Origin: an uncultured Planctomycetia bacterium
Lineage (GTDB): Bacteria; Omnitrophota; Gorgyraeia; Duberdicusellales; 4484-171
Reading direction: 5' to 3'
Length of the DNA stretch: 64,000 bases
Assembly: GCA_964489445.1 (NCBI GenBank)
Contig: CAZAYU010000003.1
Location: forward strand, 134,715 to 198,714
Part shown: positions 1 to 9,618 of the stretch, in pieces
Position numbering within the stretch: the first letter of the stretch is position 1
How the letters are laid out: each line of letters starts with the position of its first letter
The notes under the pieces: model-generated
The model's input: the letters and a program-made list of their open reading frames with translations, nothing else
Told to the model about the DNA's origin: nothing
The model's database searches: none
Made by a program: the position numbers and the translations under genes

Positions 1-5
1 AACCA

Positions 6-3000
6 ATGTATGAATTAGCAGAAAATTATTTTGTCAGAACCGATGGTAGTTATTATATCTATGATTTACCGGAACATTCTTATGATTTGAGATGGATGAA
101 TCCAGAGATAAATGATTTTTATTATCGGAGTGACAACGAAGATTATGTTGTTCCCTGGGTTAATATTGAAAATATTGCCAAGACTATAGTGAATATTCAG
201 GATAAACAGGAAAAAAATAAAGCAATAAGTTATTTAGTAGAAACACTTTTCTTTTATTCTTATATTATGTCGATAAAATATCCAGATTTAAACGAGCGAT
301 TGTCCGATTCGCTAAGTGAATACGAAAATTTTTTAGGATTCCCTTACTATATTCATAAGGCAATTTCTCTCGGGTTAAATAAGATCGAAAAATCAAACCA
401 AGGAAACAAGGATATAGATTCAGAAGCAATATATAGTGTGTTAACAGAATTTAGTAAGCAGTTTGTCACAATGCACACACAGCATAAAGTATTTATCAGG
501 TCAGAACTAAACGCGATAATAGAGTCCTTAGGCCGGTTCGGTTCTTTGAGCAAACAACAAATAAATTATTTGTTAGAATATATGGATAAGATTGATCAAG
601 AAGAGCAAGCTAATCAGGAAATATTTGGTAACAATAATAAAATAGCACAATCAACTTCTTCAGGAATAGCAAAAGATGAAGATGTAAAAAAGAGGCTGAT
701 AGCGGTGATAAATGCATATATCGAAAGTATTAGAAGAGTAGTCGAGGAGGCAACTTTTAAGAATAATGTTAACGACGAGCAAAATGTATGGAAAGAGTAC
801 CTCAGTCAAAGTTCAAAGAAGAGGATGCTAGAGCTTCAGGATCACATATCGCAAGTTGAGGTGTTTTTAAATGAGATCAAAAATGAAGTGGATTTAAAGG
901 GAATTATCAATGTTCTTAATTCGCATTGTATTCAACCTAATCTATCACAAAGAAAGGTGATTGATTTAGTTGGAAAATATATGCCAGATTTAAACAAGGA
1001 GAAAGTATTTATTATTGATGAAAACTCGTTGTTTCGCTCAATATTCGTAAAGAATGAAGACTTCGGGGCGGTATTTGTGAAATTATTAACAGGCAAAGGC
1101 ATAAATGAGGGTTTCATTTTTATTAACAGCCGTCTAGCGCAAAGCAATATTCGACTAGCTTCATTCTTGATCCATGAGACATTTCACCAAAAAGATAATC
1201 TTCTAAACCACACACCATTACGTAAATTTTTATCCGAGGGAATTACTACTTATCTGCAAAAAAAACAATTGAGAAAGATTATTGTCGACGATGCATCGGA
1301 TATTGGTCTAAGTATCAAAGATGAATTAAGAAATGAATTCTCTACCGATTGGCTTTTGGAATTAATGTTTAATGAGAGGGATTATCTTGTAGATCAGGAA
1401 ACGGAAGAATTAGATCAGAGTAAAATATTGAATTGGCGTATTGATAAGATTTTAACTTATCCTAATGAACGGAGATTTGCTGAAGAACTTGTTCGCCGCT
1501 TTGGAGATACTTTTGTACAAGATATGTATCTTTTGGGAGATACACAATTGTTAGAAGATTTATTGGGACCAAGGTTTAAGATGATTGATTCAATTTTAGA
1601 ACGGGAAGACAAGAAAGGTTTATCATGGCAAAAAGAATATTCGCGATTAGCGTTAATTGCGCTTTCTGATCCCGAGGTTAGCATAGACACCTTAAATTGT
1701 TTTGACGAAGTTATAGATATAGTAGTTGATTCTTTAGATGACTGTTATTGGGGTTCGTTAGAATATGAAAAGAATGGAACGTATGGTTTTAATATTATCG
1801 TTCAGACGATTTATAACGATGAAACTATTTATGATTATGCGAAAAAATTCGAGCAAAATGATTATAGCCGAAAAGAAGTTGAAGTTGATGCAAAAGAATA
1901 TGTAAATAGTATTATTAAAGAGAAATTATCTTCTTCGGCATTAAATTTTATCGATCTTTTTGGCAAGGGCAGCTTAAGTGTTTTTAGAGGCAGTTATGAA
2001 GGATATAATCACGTTACACTGTTTTTCAAAGGCGAAAACAATGAGGCAATCATCAAATTATTACCATCGTTAGATAAATATTCAGAATTTGAATTTGCTA
2101 TGCCATTGGAAGAAAGATTGGAGTTTATTAAGCTGGCCAAAGAAAAACTAAAAGGAATTATTACTTTACAGGATGCATTTGAAGATGTTGAAATAGATAA
2201 AAGTGTTTTTCCTCCGGGCTTTGATTTTAATAGTATTCAGGGACAGATGAAAGAGAACTCAGTGCTAGTTTCTTTAGTGAAAGTAGACAGGAAAGTTTCC
2301 CCTTTATTTTATTCCGAGTCTGATAGTGAAAATTCTGTTGAAGCTAGTGATATTCCCTCTTTTGCAGATTTATTAGCTGATGAGATAGGTTTTGGAATAA
2401 ATAATGAGGTTTTTGGATGGAGCCAGGATACTTTTGACTGGTTTAAGAGAGTTGTTGATGATTATTTTGCTAAATTTCAAGAGTGTTGCCGGAGAGGTGT
2501 TTTCCCCGCAGATTATAAAATGAATAATTGCGGCATAACAGATAAAAATGAAGTATTAATCGCGGATATTGATTTGATGCTTTTTGGTGGAAAAAGAAAG
2601 TTAGGTGATGTGTTTATTGATACTTATGGAAAAGATTATCAAAAGATAGTAGAAAATGCTTTTAAGAAGATTAAAGAGACAGATCAGGGATTATTTTTTA
2701 TAGCATTAGAAAATTGTTTGATTGATAGTTTAGGAGAAAAAAAATATTTTTCCGAGGAAACGTTACAAGAGTTGATTAATAAAATGCGTTTGTATTATAG
2801 ACAGCAGGCCGGTGAAGTGTTTAGCTATGAAAATATTGAAAAAATTTGGGCCCAAAACTTGATAGCCGAATATTTAGCAAAAGAGCAAACTATTCAAGAT
2901 GCAATAGGCGTCTTAGGAGAAGAACATTCTCTTGAAGTAATTATGGATGGTAGTTTAAATAACACGGAAAAAAGTATTGTAAATCAAAAACAGCTGGATA

Positions 3001-6000
3001 ATTTTGGGCAAATGCTTTTTGGAAATTTTAAACAAAATGATTTATTTAAAACTATATTTAAGTATGTTTATGATGAAGCTGTGTTATCTGTTCGCGGAGC
3101 AGCCTTTTTACAATTTAAGCCGGTTGCAAATTGTAAGATAATAATTGAATCTCAACTTACGGTAAAAACGCTCGATGATGGGCAAAAAGCATTAGAAGTA
3201 AAGATATCTAGCCGGGCTACAGATGAAAATAATAATCTGGATAATAATTTTAAATATCTTAAGATTAAAGAGGATTCTTTGGAAATAGTAAATATGTTTT
3301 CTCAGCGCTTAGAAGGAGTTTCTTTAGAAAAGATTCCGGGGCAGGTGACGTTTAATGTTCCATTACAGTATTTAGAAATAAATGCAGCTGCTTCATCTGC
3401 ATTAGTAAGAAATAGAGAAAATAAGCCGGTAAATTTAGCAGATATCTTGGGAGAAGGGCAAATAGAGTATTTAGGCCGGGGAAGTAAGCAATTAGCTTTT
3501 CTTTGGAAAAGAGAAGGAAAACCGGATATGGTAGTGAAAATATTTGCCTTGATGGATGGTGATTCCCTGGCGAGAGGAATTGTTGAGAAAGTGAATATTG
3601 ATGAGCAATTAAAAAATATTAAGTTTTCTATTGAGCGTCTAAAAGGAATTACTACGCTTGTTGAGATTGCGAAGGATGTGGAAATTGAACGAATTAGATT
3701 TCCAGATGATTATTTTAATTTTAATGATATGCAAAAAAACTTAGAATATGATGAATTGGTGTTTCCGGTAGTAATAATTGAAGAAAAAGTTATTCCTTTA
3801 GTTTATTCCAATATTTATGATGGAATTACACGAATATCTAAAGGGGATGTGCCTAATTTTTCTGCTATTTTGTCAAAACAAGCCATAGAAGAAATAATGA
3901 ATAATGATATAGCTTCTCTAGGGGAGTTAGAAGTTTTCTCCCGATTCAAAAAAATAGTTGACGGGTATTTTAGAGCATTTGAATATTGTTGTCGGAAAGG
4001 AGTTTTTCCCGGGGATTACAAAATGAGTAATTGTGGGGTAACAGAAGATGATGATGTTCTAATATTTGACACGGATATGATGTTTTTTAATGGAAGTCGT
4101 TCGGTAGATGATGTTCTTTTGGAAATATACGGAGAAAACTATAAGACCCGAATGAAAAGACAGTTCATGGATATTTGGGCAGATGATATTAGTTTATTCT
4201 TTTCCGGAATGAAAGCTATTAGTATGGGTAATTTAGGTGATCAAGAAAATGATCTCGGCAAAAGAATAGAAGATCTAAAGGAAATAATGGTTAACTATTA
4301 TAACCAAAAATTTAAAAAAACATTTAATTACGAAAATATCAATAAAATATGGGCTATGGGTACAGAATCATCTTCTTCAGCGGTGGGAGAAGATAGTCAG
4401 GGGACAACAGAGCAAATAAAGCAAATTGTTGAGGGGCTAAAAATGAAAGTGCATGAGCCTGAAAATTTTGAGACAGCTATTGATGAATTAGAAATCGTAG
4501 CAACGGATACACAATATCAATTAAGCATAAGAATGGAAGCAGTCCAGGCTTTAAATGATTTATTTTTAGAAGCCAAAGATAGTGGAGACGGATTTTATGT
4601 TGCAGTAGTTTTGGCAGGCATCGTGTCTGATTTTCCTGTTCAACAAGTCGTATCAAACAGCATTATTAACATGTTTCTTAATGTTCTTTTAGGTAATCAA
4701 ACTATAAGTATTGATGGAAATCGTAAAAGTCAATATCATGCAGCGCATGGTTTATCCGTAATAGCTGACCGTTTTCCTAAACTAATTACACAAAGTTGGC
4801 TTAAGGCGTTAAAAATCTCTTTAGAAAGTTTAGATTATGCAACACAAATTGAAGCGGGTCGTGTGTTAAAAAGAATAGCAGATTATCGGTCGGAGTTAAT
4901 AAGTCCTAGTCAAAAAACTAATGAATTTAATATAGTAGCTTTTGAATCTGTTAAGAAAGAAATAGCTGATTTATTTGAGGATATAGAAATTATTTCTTTG
5001 ACGCAGAAGACCCCCGATAATAATTTGAGCATAGATGCTAAAGAAACAGGCGAAGTTATTAATCGGATTCTTCAAAAAACGGGCATCAAAATAAAAATTA
5101 GAGTACATGAAGTAGCTAGTATTAAAGCGGCCAAAGGTTTAATTAAGCTATTAAGTTTAAACAGAGATAGTGTTGTTATTGTCTATGCTGAAGAGGTTAG
5201 CGAAAGGCTAACAAGAGAAGAGTTTCCCGGATATAGTATAGAAAAATTTAAAGTTGGGGATATACGCAATAGCATTATCATGTTCGGAGATAGGATAAAG
5301 CCTATTTTTGACTATTCTAATCAGTGTGTAATTCCGTATACTTTTGTTAAATACCGCGCTTCTAATGTTTTTACCAAAGAAGAAAAAGATCAAGCGTACA
5401 AGCAGCTTAGCATAGGTAAAAGACAAATTATTGTATTTGGTTCACCGAATGACAATGAAGAGATAGAAAGCGTGGTAGCAGCCTACAATAGTCTTTATGG
5501 CGAAAAAGACACAAGAAATAGACCATTGCTTATTATTGCGCCTAGATATAAGCAAAAGCCAATTTTCTGGCAAAGGTTATTATCCGGTTATCAACATAAG
5601 ATAAAATTTCGTAATAATTCCACATTGCCTTTTGCTGACATGGAAAGAGAAAATGTACTTATACTGAATACTAAAGGGGAATTGTCAAAAATATATGGAA
5701 TTAGTGATGTGAGTATAGTCGGTAGAGATCGCAATATTGTAGAGCCAGCAATCCAAAGTAAACCGGTTTTTTATTTTGAGGGAGATTGGACTAATAACCA
5801 AGAAGTAAAAGATGGATTAGTAGAGATAGGTGGTGCACGTGAATTTAAATTGGATAGTTTTAGGGAGATAATGGAAAATTTTCAACAACGTTTAATGATG
5901 GGAAAACAAGGTGAAACTTTTGTCAAGCAGTTTAATGAGGAAAAAGAAAAAGAAGTACTAAGAGAGTCTAGTAAATTTATTTTATCTTCTGTAATTAGTG

Positions 6001-8141
6001 CAGCTTTGGGAGGAGAGGAAAAATTGGTATTAGTTACTAGTTCTTCGTCTCTTTCACTACAAGAAGAAAAAGAATTTAAATTTTATGTAGAAAAAGGGAT
6101 TATAGTGTTAATAGAGAAAGGACAGTATGCTGTGCTTCAGAATTGGACTCCGCAATATACCCCCTATATGGCAGGATATTGGTCTAAAGTATCTGGTGAG
6201 GATAGAGCGTTAATAGAAGCAAGAGATATAGCGAAAGAATATTTTACACCGGATGAAATAATGGACGCGGTATCTATTCAGAAAACAGGAGAAAATAACG
6301 AGCAGTTGTTAAATCAAAAAAAAGCACCTAACCTCAGAGAATTAAAGGATGAGGAGTTAAAGAAGATTGGTGATAATTTAGAAATTCATGGTGGTGAATT
6401 CCTGGGCAGAGAATTAACGGTAGATGTTTTAAAAGACAATGGCCTTTTGCCAAAATATGGTGTTGAGTTTGAGGGTGTGGGTATTTATTTTTCCTTGCCT
6501 TATAAATTGGTCAATAATAGAATCGCGTTTGTGGTTTATGTTGAGTCGGGAGGAAGTTTTATTGCTCGTTCCTATTATCGTAGTAATTCACAAGGTTTAT
6601 TTCGTTATCTGCCGAAATACCGGCTTATTGGCGAAAAAGTGACCTGGTTTGATAAAGGATACAGTGAAGAAAGTCTAAACGCTCCGTTGTTCATACAACA
6701 GGCGCTGTCTGTAATTATTCAAAAAGAATTTGCGTTACAGTTGAAAGAAGATCCTTATTTTATATTTTCCGGAACAGCACATTCATTATTTGATGATGTT
6801 ACAGGAACATACTATCGGGAGACCAACGGGAAACCTTTTCCTTTAGATGGTAATTTTGGTGATGTTTACGATGAAAACAATAATCTTGCTCCGGAAGATA
6901 TTAAATTTACTGTTTCGGAAGACGAGCCTGATTTTAATGTGTTAGTAACCCAATTTACGATACCAACAGTACTTTATGGAGATGTGACTGTTGAAGCATA
7001 TCTTTCTAAAAACGGTAAATTTCAATATATGTTTTGTAAGGATAATCTTAATAGAGTATGGATAGGAGGAATAGAAGATAATAGCGAGGTAACTTCATTA
7101 GGGTTAAGGAAAAATTGGGTTTATGCCGGAAAGTTGACCACACCAGCTTTTGAATATGCCAAACAAGCCGGTATTTATGGTAATGGTAATCTAAGTAAAG
7201 GACGTTATGTCGATATGTATAAGCATTACATAAGTAAAATTCCGGTAATTCAGAAATATATTAGCAGAAAACAAAATGGCCAAACTCCTCCTTTTTATTT
7301 ACAGCAAGGAATAGAGCTGATAAATGAGAATGAACATAAAAAAGCAATCGAGGTATTCGATGTAGCGATAGAACTATATCCGAGTGTAAACAGTTTTTGG
7401 TTTCACCGGGGGCGGGCTTACCATTATTTAGGAGATTTAGTAAAAGCCGAACGCGATTATCTTAAAGCTATAGATCTTGACTCTACTGTACTTTCAATAT
7501 ATTTATCATTAATTGATCTTTATTTTCAGAAAGGTGATATTGAGAAAGCTGAGCATATTTTAGAAGATGAGTTGATAAATTTTGATAGGAATAATTACAA
7601 TGAATACCGTCAAAGATTAGATGAGTTTATTGTCCGGAAAAGATTCGGACAAGGGGTACAAGTTACTTTACAGAAAATAAGCATCAAAGAAGGCAATAGA
7701 TCAAAGATACAAGCGGGCAAGGTAATGAAAGGTGTCTTGGCCAATGGTATACAGGCTGGCAGGCCGGTAATATTGTCAGATAAAGGCAAGACTACCCCAG
7801 TAGAAAAAATAGAAGTATTAAATGCTGGCATGCTGAATGTTTATACTCGTACATCTTTATATAAAGTAAGCAGTAATGTTGCTTCTTCGGCAATCAAACC
7901 TGTCTTTTTGGTATCGGAAGAACTTAATACTTTGGATAAACAGAAAAATAAAGGCGGTATTGATCTAACACCTGAACACTTAGATTTAGAGATTAAAGGC
8001 GAAGGAATAAATTTTCAAAATGTTGATATTCCGTTTGATATTCGGAATTTTCAAGGATTTACCTTTCAGATTATAAAAATCAAGCGGATTAAAAATTCAC
8101 AGGAGATTTTTTCTTCGCCAGAACTTGCCTTGGCAAATTAA
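6..8141 (+). CDS. Large modular protein, C-terminal part (probably 5'-truncated by the window): HExxH peptidase, two kinase-like modules, degenerate GHKL, HEAT + WaaA-like glycosyltransferase, TPR, C-terminal GGIDL domain
   Basis: 2711-aa ORF; the frame is open back to the window edge. Motifs: HETFH (1173) with downstream EGIT; DYKMNN (2511) and DYKMSN (4014); LLIIAPRY...NTKGELSKIYGISDVSIVG...NIVEPA (5526-5770); TPR-like helices (~7300-7570); KGGIDL (7950). Confidence 0.85.
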   Translation: MYELAENYFVRTDGSYYIYDLPEHSYDLRWMNPEINDFYYRSDNEDYVVPWVNIENIAKTIVNIQDKQEKNKAISYLVETLFFYSYIMSIKYPDLNERLSDSLSEYENFLGFPYYIHKAISLGLNKIEKSNQGNKDIDSEAIYSVLTEFSKQFVTMHTQHKVFIRSELNAIIESLGRFGSLSKQQINYLLEYMDKIDQEEQANQEIFGNNNKIAQSTSSGIAKDEDVKKRLIAVINAYIESIRRVVEEATFKNNVNDEQNVWKEYLSQSSKKRMLELQDHISQVEVFLNEIKNEVDLKGIINVLNSHCIQPNLSQRKVIDLVGKYMPDLNKEKVFIIDENSLFRSIFVKNEDFGAVFVKLLTGKGINEGFIFINSRLAQSNIRLASFLIHETFHQKDNLLNHTPLRKFLSEGITTYLQKKQLRKIIVDDASDIGLSIKDELRNEFSTDWLLELMFNERDYLVDQETEELDQSKILNWRIDKILTYPNERRFAEELVRRFGDTFVQDMYLLGDTQLLEDLLGPRFKMIDSILEREDKKGLSWQKEYSRLALIALSDPEVSIDTLNCFDEVIDIVVDSLDDCYWGSLEYEKNGTYGFNIIVQTIYNDETIYDYAKKFEQNDYSRKEVEVDAKEYVNSIIKEKLSSSALNFIDLFGKGSLSVFRGSYEGYNHVTLFFKGENNEAIIKLLPSLDKYSEFEFAMPLEERLEFIKLAKEKLKGIITLQDAFEDVEIDKSVFPPGFDFNSIQGQMKENSVLVSLVKVDRKVSPLFYSESDSENSVEASDIPSFADLLADEIGFGINNEVFGWSQDTFDWFKRVVDDYFAKFQECCRRGVFPADYKMNNCGITDKNEVLIADIDLMLFGGKRKLGDVFIDTYGKDYQKIVENAFKKIKETDQGLFFIALENCLIDSLGEKKYFSEETLQELINKMRLYYRQQAGEVFSYENIEKIWAQNLIAEYLAKEQTIQDAIGVLGEEHSLEVIMDGSLNNTEKSIVNQKQLDNFGQMLFGNFKQNDLFKTIFKYVYDEAVLSVRGAAFLQFKPVANCKIIIESQLTVKTLDDGQKALEVKISSRATDENNNLDNNFKYLKIKEDSLEIVNMFSQRLEGVSLEKIPGQVTFNVPLQYLEINAAASSALVRNRENKPVNLADILGEGQIEYLGRGSKQLAFLWKREGKPDMVVKIFALMDGDSLARGIVEKVNIDEQLKNIKFSIERLKGITTLVEIAKDVEIERIRFPDDYFNFNDMQKNLEYDELVFPVVIIEEKVIPLVYSNIYDGITRISKGDVPNFSAILSKQAIEEIMNNDIASLGELEVFSRFKKIVDGYFRAFEYCCRKGVFPGDYKMSNCGVTEDDDVLIFDTDMMFFNGSRSVDDVLLEIYGENYKTRMKRQFMDIWADDISLFFSGMKAISMGNLGDQENDLGKRIEDLKEIMVNYYNQKFKKTFNYENINKIWAMGTESSSSAVGEDSQGTTEQIKQIVEGLKMKVHEPENFETAIDELEIVATDTQYQLSIRMEAVQALNDLFLEAKDSGDGFYVAVVLAGIVSDFPVQQVVSNSIINMFLNVLLGNQTISIDGNRKSQYHAAHGLSVIADRFPKLITQSWLKALKISLESLDYATQIEAGRVLKRIADYRSELISPSQKTNEFNIVAFESVKKEIADLFEDIEIISLTQKTPDNNLSIDAKETGEVINRILQKTGIKIKIRVHEVASIKAAKGLIKLLSLNRDSVVIVYAEEVSERLTREEFPGYSIEKFKVGDIRNSIIMFGDRIKPIFDYSNQCVIPYTFVKYRASNVFTKEEKDQAYKQLSIGKRQIIVFGSPNDNEEIESVVAAYNSLYGEKDTRNRPLLIIAPRYKQKPIFWQRLLSGYQHKIKFRNNSTLPFADMERENVLILNTKGELSKIYGISDVSIVGRDRNIVEPAIQSKPVFYFEGDWTNNQEVKDGLVEIGGAREFKLDSFREIMENFQQRLMMGKQGETFVKQFNEEKEKEVLRESSKFILSSVISAALGGEEKLVLVTSSSSLSLQEEKEFKFYVEKGIIVLIEKGQYAVLQNWTPQYTPYMAGYWSKVSGEDRALIEARDIAKEYFTPDEIMDAVSIQKTGENNEQLLNQKKAPNLRELKDEELKKIGDNLEIHGGEFLGRELTVDVLKDNGLLPKYGVEFEGVGIYFSLPYKLVNNRIAFVVYVESGGSFIARSYYRSNSQGLFRYLPKYRLIGEKVTWFDKGYSEESLNAPLFIQQALSVIIQKEFALQLKEDPYFIFSGTAHSLFDDVTGTYYRETNGKPFPLDGNFGDVYDENNNLAPEDIKFTVSEDEPDFNVLVTQFTIPTVLYGDVTVEAYLSKNGKFQYMFCKDNLNRVWIGGIEDNSEVTSLGLRKNWVYAGKLTTPAFEYAKQAGIYGNGNLSKGRYVDMYKHYISKIPVIQKYISRKQNGQTPPFYLQQGIELINENEHKKAIEVFDVAIELYPSVNSFWFHRGRAYHYLGDLVKAERDYLKAIDLDSTVLSIYLSLIDLYFQKGDIEKAEHILEDELINFDRNNYNEYRQRLDEFIVRKRFGQGVQVTLQKISIKEGNRSKIQAGKVMKGVLANGIQAGRPVILSDKGKTTPVEKIEVLNAGMLNVYTRTSLYKVSSNVASSAIKPVFLVSEELNTLDKQKNKGGIDLTPEHLDLEIKGEGINFQNVDIPFDIRNFQGFTFQIIKIKRIKNSQEIFSSPELALAN

Positions 8142-8211
8142 AATTGTTTAACAGAATCTTTCAATAGATAACTTTCGTTAAAAGGCTGTATTTTTTTACT
8201 TTTCTGGTAGA

Positions 8212-9267
8212 ATGTCGCATATGGATAAGGATATTTTTTGTTTAGATAATTATAATTATTCGATATCTCAAGAGTTAATCGCTCAAGAACCTTTTTATCC
8301 CCGGGATGCTTGCAGATTGTTGGCTATTAATCGAAAAGTAAAAACAATTGATGAGGGTATATTCAAGGATATTCTTAATTTTTTTAAAAAAGGAGATGTT
8401 TTAGTACTAAATGACACAAAAGTGATCAAAGCGCGGTTATGCGGAAAAAAAGAGACCGGCGGAAAAGTTGAGGTGTTATTATTAAAAGAAAAAAATCCGG
8501 GAATCTGGGAAGCATTGGTTAATCCCGGAAAACGTTTAAAGATAAATGATAAGATTGTGTTTGAAGAAAATAAAATGTTTGCAAAAATTATCGGGAAAAC
8601 TCATCAAGCAACGAGAATTTTGCAATTTACACCGGTAGATTTTAAACAAACCTTAGATCAGGAAGGAGAAGTCCCTCTTCCTCCTTATATTAAGCAGAAT
8701 GTGAAAGATTTATCCGAGTATCAAACTATTTACGCTCAGAAAGACGGATCAGTTGCCGCTCCTACTGCAGGATTGCATTTTACCAAAGAGTTGCTAAGGA
8801 AGATAAAAGAAAAAGGGGTGAGAGTTGTTTATCTTACATTGCATTGCGGTTTAGCTACTTTTCGTCCGGTAAAGTGTGCTGATATTAGAAATCATGATAT
8901 GGATTCTGAATATTTGAGCATTTCGAAAAATGTAGCAGATGAAATTAATGCTGCTAAAAATAATGGCGGAAAAGTTATCGCCGTAGGAACTACTGCAATC
9001 AGAGCTTTAGAAAGTTCGGCAGTTAAAGGTTCTGGATTAACATTTGAAGTAAAGCCTTTTTCCCGAGAAACTGATTACTATATTGTTCCCGGATATAAAT
9101 TTAAAGTAGTGGACATGGTGATCACTAATTTCCATACCCCTTGCTCTACAAATCTAATATTGATGGCGACTTTTTGCGGGCTTAAATTAATTAATAAGAG
9201 CTATCAGGTAGCCCAAGAAAGGAAATTTCGTTTTTTTAGCTTTGGGGATGCTATGATTATTATATAA
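8212..9267 (+). CDS. queA: S-adenosylmethionine:tRNA ribosyltransferase-isomerase
   Basis: LIAQEP, VLNDTKVIKARL, PLPPYI, GSVAAPTAGLHFT, AVGTT, TNFHTP, FFSFGDAM. Confidence 0.97.
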   Translation: MSHMDKDIFCLDNYNYSISQELIAQEPFYPRDACRLLAINRKVKTIDEGIFKDILNFFKKGDVLVLNDTKVIKARLCGKKETGGKVEVLLLKEKNPGIWEALVNPGKRLKINDKIVFEENKMFAKIIGKTHQATRILQFTPVDFKQTLDQEGEVPLPPYIKQNVKDLSEYQTIYAQKDGSVAAPTAGLHFTKELLRKIKEKGVRVVYLTLHCGLATFRPVKCADIRNHDMDSEYLSISKNVADEINAAKNNGGKVIAVGTTAIRALESSAVKGSGLTFEVKPFSRETDYYIVPGYKFKVVDMVITNFHTPCSTNLILMATFCGLKLINKSYQVAQERKFRFFSFGDAMIII

Positions 9268-9618
9268 ATATTATATAAGCTATTGTCGTTCAATCATTTA
9301 AAAAATGTAAAAAAACAGGATCTCTACATTGACTAAAGGATGTATTTTTAATATAATAAAAATACATCTTTATTTTCTTTTTATCTGTTAATCTGGGCAA
9401 AAATGATTAGTTTTGAAAGTGGGAAGCAGTTTTTTAATTAATAAGAAATAACTAAATTGCACAGGCTTAATAAATCTTGAAAATAGATATTAAAATAATG
9501 CTTTAATTGTTAGTATATTCCGCTACAGTAAAGATGCTGCAAATTTTCAACGATAGCTTTAGAACATCTTGGCGGAATCAATTCTCCGTCTAAGGCGGAT
9601 CATTAAGGAGGAGTAAAC

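Noticed and set aside
9518-9600. Hairpins upstream of the EF-G paralogue (TCCGC...GCGGA; TCCGTCTAAGGCGGA)
   Set aside because: Could be a leader RNA or a small palindromic repeat, but it occurs once in the window and matches no family I recognise.
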